DNA from: Entomortierella parvispora E1425
Taxonomy: Eukaryota; Fungi; Mortierellomycota
DNA length: 64,000 nucleotides
Direction: 5' to 3'
NCBI GenBank assembly: GCA_020891255.1
Contig: BQFW01000011.1
Location: 1,302,001-1,366,000, forward strand
Positions within the stretch are counted from its first letter, which is position 1, and each line of letters starts with the position of its first letter. The position numbers and the translations under genes were made by a program. Below are positions 53,003 to 64,000 of this stretch, piece by piece. The notes beneath the pieces were generated by a model that was not told where the DNA came from, searched no databases, and worked only from the letters and a program-made list of their open reading frames with translations.

Positions 53003-53848
53003 AAAGGGTGGTTTACGTCTGATATGATACTTAGACTTAAAAAATACGCACATGTTGAACTTGGGAACTGTAATTGGTGCTCGGACCCGCTTGGGCAGAG
53101 AATAGCCCAAAGCGGCCATCCGTTGGATTCTGGCAGAATACCTTTTGGATCCAGCTTTGATCCTACCAAACCTTGCGCCAAAACCTCAGCACCCAACCCA
53201 GCACACACATTCATTCGTTCGCCACTCTCTCCTTCTCCCCCCCTCTCCTTCGGTCGACTTTCACTTGCACACTGCAAGTCTTCCTATCCAATATGGGTAC
53301 CCCGCAAGTGCTCCCCCAAAGCCCCCTTTTTTTTCTTGTGAAAGCGTCCCTCGCGGTACGGGAGTCTATTGTCTGTTCATTGTAAGTACACATACGCTGT
53401 GCGCCTGCTTCACCCAAGAGAAACTGACTAAATAAAATGCTTTTGCATTGCACAACCCGTCCATGACGGCCCATGCACCCTGGTTTCGTGGTCCGCTCCA
53501 GCGGGTCTACTGCTCCACAAGGCCAAAATCCACTGTCTCAGATTTAACTCTGTACTTCTAGAAGGTCGAGACCATCGACTTTAGTCGTTCTAGATAAAGG
53601 CACTTGTGCTACAGTCCTTTTAGAAGAATCAACATTAATACAGATGGCTGCCTTTTTTTTTTCAAGAAAGTTTTTTAGTTCCCAGCGCCTTACCCATTCC
53701 ATATCTTATTTTCCCAAGAGCAAATCAACACCGTACTTCTGCATCCCCGGTAAGTTTGGAAGAGCTGAAAAAGAACGCTCCAAATTTCAGCTAACACAGT
53801 ATTTTTATTTTCACTATTGTAGACAGTCGACGAATGGAGAACAGAGCC

Positions 53849-54463
53849 ATGATCACAAATCATATACTGCTTATGGCAGTCGCCTTACTGCTTGTACTTG
53901 CCACGACGAAAGCCGCTCCAACCCCAGAGGGAATCAGGAGGATTGACAATACATTGGATGATTTCAGACTTCAGCTATGCGGAGATATGAACTCGACAAC
54001 AATCATTCACGGTACATATGTCGAAGTCGAATGTAATCGGAACAACAGCATACACACACCGGTAGACGACGAGGAGCACGAGATTCAAACATTTTTATGG
54101 ATTCACACAGACGAAGGCTCTTATGGAGTCAATGCAGGATTTGATGCTGCTAATCATGGGATGCTCCTTTCCAATGGCAAACCCTTGACATTCAACAACT
54201 ACCAATACGGCGGCGGTATCGCCACAAGCTCGGGAATGGTTAGAGGAATCTATCTTAACGCCTTTAGTGACGCCCTCGACGCCAGAGTACTTGAGACAAC
54301 CCCAAGGGTGTGCACTCATGACAGCCACTTTTGCTTCGATCTTCGGAACTACGCATGCCATTTTTATGCCGCAAGCAGACTATGGACAGAGCAGTGCTTA
54401 GGTCTACCTGTCCTCAAGAAGAAAGTGCTCCACTCAGATAGTTTCCCTGGATTTGGACTGTGA
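53849..54463 (+). CDS. Small putative secreted protein, ~204 aa, 6 Cys, intronless, family unknown
   Basis: Signal-peptide-like MITNHILLMAVALLLVLATTKA|APTP. An in-frame upstream ATG at 53834 is an alternative start. Non-repetitive, coding-like sequence. Confidence 0.7.
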   Translation: MITNHILLMAVALLLVLATTKAAPTPEGIRRIDNTLDDFRLQLCGDMNSTTIIHGTYVEVECNRNNSIHTPVDDEEHEIQTFLWIHTDEGSYGVNAGFDAANHGMLLSNGKPLTFNNYQYGGGIATSSGMVRGIYLNAFSDALDARVLETTPRVCTHDSHFCFDLRNYACHFYAASRLWTEQCLGLPVLKKKVLHSDSFPGFGL

Positions 54464-54629
54464 TATCACCAGGATATATGATGTATATATAATGGGAATA
54501 AAGATTGGGGGTATCATACCCTAAAAGTGAGGATAAATTAAACTTTTGAGCCTTTGACTTTTGTTTCCCGTTCATTCATTCTTCCGCGCTCTTTCTCTTT
54601 GCCCTGTCAGCATCAGCATCGGCAAGCAA

Positions 54630-57262
54630 ATGACATTCTCGATTGACCCACAAGAGGGAGAACCCATCGAGGGCATCTTTGTTAGCCAGGTCGAGCAGCG
54701 CCATGTCGACCACTCCATCTTTCCATCCCAACCAAGAGGGCGGCGACCCAGTGATGGCCGAGAGAGTTTACATTCCATTGCAGATTCAACCCGATCCTTT
54801 GGCACGGGGACATCTTCGAGTCAGTCCCCTCCTTCTGAACGGCGGCAGGATGCAGTACGCCGCTGGCTTGAACATGCCTGGACCTCATGGAGAAAGATAC
54901 CCGTCTATAGCACTATCCCGCATTCGAGTCGCTACATTCCTCAAGAAACCCCTTGGTGGAGGCGATCTCATATTTGGCACCGATTACCAACAGCAACAAC
55001 AACAGAGAGGATATGGCATCTACTCGACACACTTCTTCTAGTAGCAGCGGCCATGGTTGGCAATAAGAGACGAAAGGGCTGGTTCATGGGCGTCATCATG
55101 ATCTCTTTGGTCTTTACCATCTTGTCGGGAGGTTACCTCTTTTCTCAACTGCATTATTCAAAGGACGTCTCATTGGTGGCGCCCGACGACCTTTCGGGCG
55201 ATTCAAGCGACCAGAGCAAAGTCCCATTTGGACGAGGTACTGCACCCACAGGACCCAGGAGAAACCGAGGCAAAGGGAAGGGTAAAGGCGGCAAGGGTAA
55301 TGGCACGGTCAAGGATACAGCAGCTCCCGCTCCTCAAAAAGACCAGGAAGACGTGGGCAAGACAGATCACGATCCGGTTGACGATCATGGTTCAGAATTG
55401 AACCTATCCAAAGGCGGTGCTGCAACAACAGCAGATCAAGTAACAAGGATATGTGATCTGGAGGATGTTTCCAATGGCCAGTGGATCTTTACAACGACAC
55501 CATCGCACCCTTTTGCTACTGCGGAGGGAGAGGAGCAGGATATGATCTGGACTGGATATGGCAAGTCAGGATGCTCTTCCAATATTTGGAATGAGCGCTA
55601 TCTGTTGACCCCCACACCAGGATCAACCAACGGTACACTAGGAGGCTCCAGCCTGTCGATCGGTCAGAAACAATCAAAAAAAGACTGGGATTATGCGACA
55701 CGACTAAAGGCATATCATTGGCAGCTAAACCAACCCATTCCAGGAAACAAAGCACCAAAGAGCGTAAACGATCAGGAGAAATGTCAGCAACCGATAATGG
55801 ACGTTGTCGATTTTGTGGAGGTCTTGAAAAGAGCTCCCTTGGTCATGATTGGGGATCGGTTCTTGGAGCAGGAGTACCTTGCACTAGAGTGCATCATTTT
55901 GGGAATGCAAACCGAACTCATTCTGGATTACAAGAGGAAACACCCCGAGGAACAGTCTGATGTCGGCGGGAAAAACTACCCACGCGACTATAGTATCGAA
56001 TCCGAAAAGCCAGAGATCGTGGAGCTCCAGATTGGACGCGTTGGTTCAGCTGAAGGATCGGGCATGTACAGGAAAGCAAAGCCGGGGCAAATGCGCCTTG
56101 TGGATCGACTTTCTAATCTGACACTGGCGACTTTTATTCGTTCGGATGTTCTGTGGGATTCGAATATGTTGCAAAGGCAAGTGTCAAAACATGCACTAAA
56201 GTCTGCGGCAGAGCTGTCGAAGCTTGATGTTGGAGGACTGCATCCGGATTGTCAGCTTGTTGGGAAAGTGGTCCTGTGCGAGCCCGCTAATATCCGCAGC
56301 CACGATATCGAGCCTGAGCAGCCGGCACAGTCTTCATCTTGGTGGAGTTGGTGGATAGGGACTGAGAATCCAACTCAGGAACAAACACAGGATTCGGTAC
56401 TTGACAAGAATGGACCTGAAGAGGAGATGACGTACGGGTCAGATCTTGATCATGATATGATCAACCTTGAGTGGACGGAAATGCTTCCGGAGTTCCTCCC
56501 GTTGCCGCAGGGAGAACACAAGGACGAGGCTTCGGCGAGAACTCCCTTGGTGTTGATCAGCAATGGTCTCTTTTGGGAATACGATTCTTGGGACGCAATG
56601 ACGGCAGCAGAGCTCGCCCAAATGCAAGACCACAAGAAGTTGTCAAAGTCTGAGCAGGAGCATCTCCGGAGACGACAAATCCGAAGGAAAAAGATGTTGA
56701 GACAACGTTACACGATGATCTTGACCAACACGCTGGACTATCTACAGGCAGTCCATCCAGAACTCAGGGTCATGGTGCAAACCAGTGTCAAACGCCGACC
56801 TTGCGAACCACTTCAAGGGTCGATGGAGGCAGCAGACAAAGCCCTTCGGGACTCAAAAGATCAAGAGGCAGCCCTTTTAAATGCCCTTACCAAGGTAATG
56901 GATGATGACCAATGCGGGTCAAATACTGAAGCAAACTTGTGTCGAATGATTCATCGACTAACACCTTTTGCCACAACCGAACAGACTGTGGTCGCAAAAA
57001 TGCGGGATGAGCGATTTTCATTTCTGGACACAACATTTTTGCGCCTCTTCCAAGATTCTCCCACAGCGAACAAGCGGTACTGTCGCAATTTCATGATGCC
57101 AGGTGAGGGATTGTCCTTGAAGACTGACCAAAAAGTATATGTGGAGCTCTCTGAACTGTTATTCATGTTCAATTGCTCTCTCCTTCTCTTGCGCGTGTTC
57201 TAGGACCATTGGATATCCTCATCCACCACCTCTATGGTGAGTTATATAGATTGGACTTGTAG
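54630..57262 (+). CDS. Type II membrane protein with PC-esterase/TBL (SGNH-like) domain, ~813 aa; join(54630..56894,56985..57102,57204..57262)
   Basis: TM segment WFMGVIMISLVFTILSGGYLF. TBL-like CDLEDVSNGQW, YHWQ...C, FVEVLKRAPLVMIGDRF..QEYLALEC, and C-terminal YCRNFMMPG|PLDILIHHLYGEL aligning to the DCxHWCLPGxxDxWNxLL motif. Alignment is by eye. Confidence 0.75.
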
Positions 57263-57749
57263 CCACACATTACCCTAATATAGCAAGTCCATCATTCCTG
57301 TTCCCTCATTCAATATGCTCATTTGAGGAGATTGATGGATGCAATCAGACATTCATTCAAAAAAAAAAAAAAAAGGGTATTTTTGCGCGTGTTTGTGATG
57401 TGCGCAGGGCATGATCTGCCCCTTTTTCCAGGTCCACAGAAAGGGGGTCTTTGTCACCCCACGCAGAGATTGGAGACAAGACATAGACAAGCGGCGATGA
57501 ACATGTTGACAGGGGCAGCTGACACAGGGCAAGTGCAAGTGCAAGCATTGTTTGTGTTGTGCTCGTCGTCGATCGAGAAAACCAGACCTTGAGAGCAAGA
57601 AAAGCCCTGGCTCGTTCTCTTGTTCTCTTTTTCCACCCTTGCTTACACTTTCCCCATTCTCTACAGAATCCCCGTTGATTAGAACTGGCCATAACCCCCG
57701 AGGGTTTGTCGGACAAAGAGAAGCGAGAGCAAGAACGACCAAGAGCGAT

Positions 57750-60700
57750 ATGACTTCCCATGCCTCTGGCCCAGATTCAGCCCAGACGCGGGCTCGACAG
57801 TTACGACAACAGCAACCATCACAACCGCAAGCTCGGTCTTTGATCCAACAGCACCAGCCTTTTCCCTCGAGCACATCGTCCTACTCCATCCGTCATTCCA
57901 CATCTTCCTCCAGTCTCTTTGGCCCCAACGATACCGCAAAGATTGCCATTCTTCCTGGGTCCAGCGCTGGGTCCAACAATAGCTTTAATCATTTTCAGTT
58001 CCAAGCACCATACCACAACCAACCTATTTCTAGTTTTGAACGCACTCCTCTGACCTCGTCCTCCTCGGCTAAGCGACCAACTTTCAGGAGTCAGAGTGTA
58101 GTGGTCGAGTCCTCGGCTACGTTGAACTCTTCTCATTCGATATCCTCCTCCTCCTCTCATGGCGCAGGGGGCACAGGGACACGCCATGGGACCATTTCAG
58201 GGGCTATTTCAACTCTGACCGTGTCTGGTGGTGGCAACGGAGGCAGACAGGGTTCCTTTGGAGGATTTTCAAACGGCTTTACCAATGGAGGAACAGGCGG
58301 CACTGGAAACACCACCAGAGGTTCATTACAGCGGCCTATAAGAGCATCCACAGTCCAGGACGCGCTCTTGCGGGACAGCAACTCGGATCTGAACTCGCTC
58401 TATACAATCGACAACACGACCCCCAGTCGCGAAAATGGTCGTCGCCTTCGCCATCGTGGAGAGCAGGATGATGATGACGACGATGACGATGACGATGATG
58501 ACGGAGGAGCCTCGTATTTCGGAAGTTCTGGACAGGATTTCTTGCTAAAGAAGAAGCGGGCTAGGATGTCACGATGGCTGTGTTGGATGGATCAGGTGTG
58601 CCTGGTCGTCTTTACAGTCTTGGCGGGCTTGCAGATCCCAGAGGGTGCAGAGACGCCTCGAGACTGGGGCTGGAACTGGGAACTGGTACCCGTGCCCTTG
58701 ACAGCCATGGCGGTTGTGCGGATCCTTGTCATTGGGTTCACAGTGCGCTACAGCCACGGCAACTACAACGCAGCGGTCATCTTTGTCTGTCTGGTAAGGA
58801 ACGATCTTTGAGTCTGTTGTTATCATTTTGTTCTTTGCCTTTTCTCTCTCTTTCTCTTGGTTCGACTTCGTGATGGCAACAGCAACAACGCCCACTCAAA
58901 CAGTTCCCTCCCTTTCTTTCTTTCTCTTTTTCTTATAGCTGTTCACGCTCTTCATCATGTTCGAGATCAATATGGTCATCCAGCACCGCATCTCCATCAC
59001 GCCCGTCCTGATAGCCCAATACGTAGTTTCGCTTATCTTGACTCAGCTTCATTGGATCTCGTACTCAGCACACACGCCCATGTCGGCAACACTGTCCTAT
59101 GCCTACGATCCCGTCCTGGCCGAAAGCATCACCTTTTCAAGAGAATCCCGCTATATCAACAACCACTCCCCACACGGTAGAGGATCGGTGCTGAGAAGAG
59201 GCACCACCTACGGCACCATGACCAACCTGCCTTTTGACGCCGTCCAGGAACTAGACGAAGGCGAGGAAAGAGAGGACGACGATCGGGAAGGAGAAGGACG
59301 GGGAAACGGGGATATGGACGCATTCATTAAAGTCAGTCTAAACGGAAGACTAAGTTCCAGACGCCTCGCTCGCACCAGATTAACCGGACGAGGGCGACCT
59401 CTCGGAAGCGATGATGATGACGACAGGGAGAATGACGATTACGGAAACAGACGGCGTGACAGAAATCAAGGCGGCAATGAAGAGGACGAAGACGAGGAAG
59501 AACAGGATATGGCGACTCTTTTGGCCTTCCAGGACGCTAGACGACAGCAGGTTTATGCCTTCTCGCCCACAGCATCTTCGTCGATCATGCCCGATCGTCC
59601 AATCCTGTCTCCTCCATCGGCCTCTGGCGATCCAAATGACTTGCTAGGAAAATCCCCTTTATCCTGGGCTTTTCGAGGCCAGGATCTGAATGGAACCGCC
59701 AGTGGAAGTGGTGGCTTGACCGTCGGTTATACTCCTAGAAGACGACGTGCCAGATCGAATATGGATCCGAACGGGTCAGGGCGAAGGACCTGGACTGGCG
59801 GTCACAGCATCATTTATTCTGGCATCCTTGTCGAGTCTTCAGATGACGATGAGGTTGGTGCAGGACTTGAAGACGATGCAGTCGAGGTACCCAGCTTTGA
59901 TATCGAAGATGGAGCACTTCAAGAGGAAGGTTCACGTCTTGATCCATTGGATGATGAGCAGGAATTTTACCGAGGACAACAGTCTCAGCAGCAAGAAGAT
60001 GACGAGGGACAGGTTGCCATAGACGATACGATCAAAGCCGAGGTCCAAGAGGATGGAGATTTCAACGGCCGCAGGAGGTCGCATCACCACCACCAGCATC
60101 ATCAGCATCACCGACGAAGCGGAACAGAGCTCACCATTAAGGAAGGCGCAAGCAGCCATAGTCATGGCTCTGGCGTCACCGAAGGTGCTCAGGAAGGAGA
60201 AGATGGTGCTGAAGCAGCAGATGATCGACCACGGCCACAGAGATATCCTCATTTCAGAGAGTCTTCGATCGAGGGCAAGGCAATCGATACAACTAGTGAT
60301 CCCAATGGTAAATATTCGCGATGATTTCTGACATCTCAAACAATGGTAATTACCCTTGCAAGTTTTTCTATTCTAAACAGGCACGCATGTATTTCAACTG
60401 TAATAGACAACCCTGACGCCGTCACTGTAGAAGTCATCCAGAAGGACCATCACCACTTGAACTCGTCGCATGGACTCTCAACGCTGAAGTTCAATGTTGC
60501 CTCTCGGAAATCGATCACAGCTGTCCTTTGTGAGGAGGAAAACTGCGAGGAGCATCCATTCCAAGAAGGTCCCTCCTCAGAACTGGAGGCCGCCCTTGGA
60601 AAGGAGTTCAAAGGTGGCAACATTGTCGAGCTAGATATTCAGGAGAGCTCATCCTCCTCTATGGACAGGACCGGCGACGGAATCAATCCTGAATTTGAAG

Positions 60701-63700
60701 GTGGCGACGATGAAACAGAAGGAGGAAAAACTACAGGCAAACCTACCAAAGTTCTGAAGGGGACAGTGAAGCAGCACAAGGAGCCAGGTTCGAAAGGACC
60801 TCCCCAGGCTGTCCCAGTGGGTGGACAGCCTCCGCGCCATACAGATGGGCAGCGTAGCCCAGAAGGAATCCACATCAGTGGGCGAATTGAACGGACAAGT
60901 CTGGAGGAGGAGGACATCGAGGGTGAGGAAGGTGGATACCGCCGGATCCACATCAGAGAACGGATCGAAAAAGTCACTTTGACCGAAGAGGAAGAATCCA
61001 ACGACATAAATCGTCGGGATGGCGGCCATCAGCAAGATGGGGTTGGTGTAAGAGTCGGTGGGCGCATGGGTGTCACTCTCGGTGGCATTGTTGGCGGACC
61101 ATCGACCGCTGTGCCCGGTCAATGGGTCGAAGTGGACGAGTCTGAGCGGGGTGTAATTACGTGGGGCATTGTGGACGACATCCCAGAAGGGTTCGTCGAC
61201 ACGACCCTGATAGCCACAGAGCCCGAGCCGGTGTTAATAGTTCCTCCACAGCGCACAGAGATTATCGCTCCCCCGCGCGAAGCAACCCCGGTCGTCGTCT
61301 ACCGTGCCCAGCCCCGACCAGTCCTTATTGAACCGCCCCCACCTCCCCCGGAGCCAGAGCCCGTCATCATTCTTCCTCCTCCACGACCACCGCCACAGTA
61401 TCAACCTCAGCCGCGTGTTCTCGTTCAGCCCCCAGCGCAACCAGTCTATGTTCAACCTCCTCCACCCCCACCAGTGATCATCCAGGAACAGCCACCTCCA
61501 CCTCCAGTCCCTGTGTACAAGCCTCCTACCCGTATTATTCCCCCGCCACCACCGCCAGTGTTCGTACCTGTGCCACAAGTGGTAGTCGCTCCAGAGCCCG
61601 TGGTTGTGCTCCCTGAAACTGAGCCGATCGTGGCCCCTGTAGCCGTGATACCAGAATATGGGACTTATGAAACCATTGTCCCCGGCGCCGTAGGGGGTGT
61701 TGGGGGTGTTGGTGCCTATGGTGGTGTTTCTGCATACCAAGGCGGGCCCTATAGCGGTGCATACGGAGGTGGAGTCTACGCAGGAGAAGTAGGAGGTGTT
61801 TCTGCATACCAAGGCGGGCCCTATGGCGGTGCATATGGAGGTGGAGTCTACGCAGGAGAAGTAGGAGGTGTTTCTGCCTTGAACCGTGGCGATGTAGCAT
61901 CCATCTACGAGAACGAGCAAGGATATGACGTGGCCTCTATTTATGATGACCGATCCGTGGCCTCCATCCACGAGCTGGAGAATGGACCAGGTATCGTAGG
62001 CGCCGGGGCTGCTGCAGGTCCCTATGGATATGGTGGCTATGGTGGCTACGGCCCGTACGATGGAATCCCAGGTCGGGGACCCCTCATTGCAGGGGCAGGA
62101 GAACTAGGCTATGGTCGACACTTGGTATCTGCAGCACATATTGCGCGATCAGACTCTGAGGTCAGACTGCATCGTGACCATTCTACGGAAGATGACATAG
62201 CTTTGGCATCGGCAGCCTTTATCAACGACCGCCGACTGGGACGAGATAGACTACGAGAAGAACTCGGAGATCAAGCCTTGCTAAAGCGGAATCCACAACT
62301 GTACCAGGAATCTGAGGCGGGCGAGGAATCATTCGATGAGAATCCTCATCGAGGTATTACACCATCAGGAGGCGACATTCTTGAAGAAATAGACGTTTCC
62401 CATCAAAGTCGACATGCTGTCATGAATAGAGATGAGGACGAGGAGTTTACAAGCAATCGGCATGAGGCCTTCCCATCTGATTCTGCCAACACTGAAATTT
62501 CGTACCACGAGGTGCAGCTTGAAGAGGGTCCTGCTGTCATGCAAGAGTTGGCGATCGAAACCTATTTCGACACTACCAAATCTCAACTCAAAGTGCGGCA
62601 GCAACAAGGGCAGCTTCTGACAGAGATGGCGTCTCAACTGAAAATACGTCAACAGCAACAACAGGAGAAAGAGCAGGAGCAATTTCCGCAACAGCAACGG
62701 AAGTCATTGCATCCACCATCACTACCAGAATATCAGGAGGCACAAGCACAACACATCTTAGCTCCTACTCAACCTTTGGCTCGGTCTCCTAGTCCTGGAG
62801 TATCGTCTCTTTCACAGCAATTGCAACTGCTGCAGCAATCTCCCCCAACTCTGAACATACCAAAGCCGCCATCAAATCCTCCACCAGTCCGTTTGCTAGC
62901 GAATCGAGGAATACCTACGCCGTTGGTGAATGCAGCTCGAGGCGTCCCCATTGCTCTCATCGCCAAGAAGACATCCCCAACTTCAAATAGAGGAGGGCTT
63001 GATTCCTCGAACAAGAATGTTATCACCGAGAACAACATCGTGGAAGGGATTCCAGGAGAGGAGGAAAATGGGTCTGAACCAATACTCTCGACATCAGCAT
63101 CAGCCTCTGAAAATATTATGATGCAGCTCAGGAATCGGAATTCTTTCAATATTCAAGAAGGATCAGCCAAGTTGACCACGCAGCCCACCATAGTTCCAAT
63201 AGATGCTGCTGGATCGGCTGTGTTACGAGCTAAGGCGTTGATCTCGGGTTCCATTCTCATGGGAGCATCAGCCTTGTCGCCAGGGAAGGGTATTGCCACG
63301 GGTACTGCACATGCAGGGTTAACGGAAGCGCGCTCAAATCAGTCTCTAAAGCATGCTTTCAAGGACCATGGAGCTAGAGCAACTGCTGCAGCTTTGGCGA
63401 GTAAGAGGCGACGAAGGGGTGAAAAAGTGGCTGCTATGAGTCGCTCACACCTGCATCCCATCATGTTGACGGAAGGAATAATGGCATGCTGGAACAACGA
63501 GTTTGCATATGCACTTGATGTCTTTAAGGAAAACGGGGCGACCTTTCCTCGTTGGAGTCTTGCAGCTGCTGAGGTAACAACACTGCAATAGTCATGACCA
63601 GCTGGTGGCCAAGAGATCCAATGTCAAAAAAAAAAAAAAAAAAAAAACTCAATTGGCCCTTTCTTCTTGTTTCATATTTAGGTCCACATCGTGCGGCAGC

Positions 63701-64000
63701 TTATTAGTGGGCAGCTCTCGGAGCCAGACTGTGAGCTCATGGAGTCGTTGCAGCATTCAGAACAAGTTGCCTCGCGCATCCTTGATAAGAAACAAGAGTT
63801 TGTAAGTGCAAGCAAATATCGATCTGAAGAACTTGAGATTTTTTAGCTGAATCATGGATCCACTGTATCCATCGTAGGAATCGAGTTATATGAGCTACCG
63901 GTCTCTTTGCAGCGCGGACGCGAGCTTGATCACGGTGAACGAGAACACATTGCGACAGAACTACAAGTGGGATTGCGAAATGTCATTTTACGACACATTG
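57750..64000 (+). CDS. Large gene running off the right end: N-terminal IDR, 4 TM helices, acidic/Pro/Gly-Tyr low-complexity region, then the start of an Iml2/TTC39-like TPR domain; join(57750..58793,58939..60307,60407..63573,63682..63801,63878..>64000)
   Basis: All junctions are GT-AG and phase-consistent. GIMACWNNEFAYALDVF...WSLAAAE|VHIVRQLISG...ESL..E..AS...NYKWDCEMSF resembles the N-terminus of Iml2/TTC39. The 60308..60406 junction is inferred; the two halves could be separate genes. Confidence 0.65.
61723..61877 (+). repeat. 72-bp coding direct repeat (GVSAYQGGPY(S/G)GAYGGGVYAGEVG) x2 plus partial
   Basis: Copies start at 61723, 61795 and 61867; the two full copies differ at about two nucleotides. 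Confidence 0.95.

Overview
Eukaryotic, intron-containing fungal genomic DNA with GT-AG introns, CTAAC-type branch sites and many poly-A/poly-T and microsatellite tracts. Gene style and families suggest an early-diverging fungus, probably Mortierellaceae (inference). I built frame-consistent spliced models by hand for about 13 genes: a partial 3' gene end, a Spt23/Mga2-like IPT-ankyrin factor, importin Kap123, two hypothetical proteins, an INSIG-family protein, a sugar porter, an Skn7-like HSF/response regulator, a group III (Nik1/Os-1-type) hybrid histidine kinase, a degraded PD-(D/E)xK nuclease-like gene, a small secreted Cys protein, a PC-esterase/TBL-like protein, and a multi-TM plus Iml2/TTC39-like gene running off the right end. 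The standout is a two-component locus. A ~3265-aa cytosolic kinase carries about 26 tandem 92-aa HAMP repeats (ascomycete Nik1/Os-1 has roughly 5-7), built from distinct unit types with block duplications, and it sits head-to-head with its likely downstream regulator Skn7. Other oddities: an Mga2-like factor with no membrane anchor but a duplicated DNA-binding-like domain, a probably catalytically dead TBL-like esterase, a possible 4-TM/IDR/TTC39 fusion, a hairpin tandem array, and an accessory-looking 49-54.5 kb segment. No tRNA, rRNA or CRISPR array was recognised. No database searches were run; family calls rest on motif recognition.
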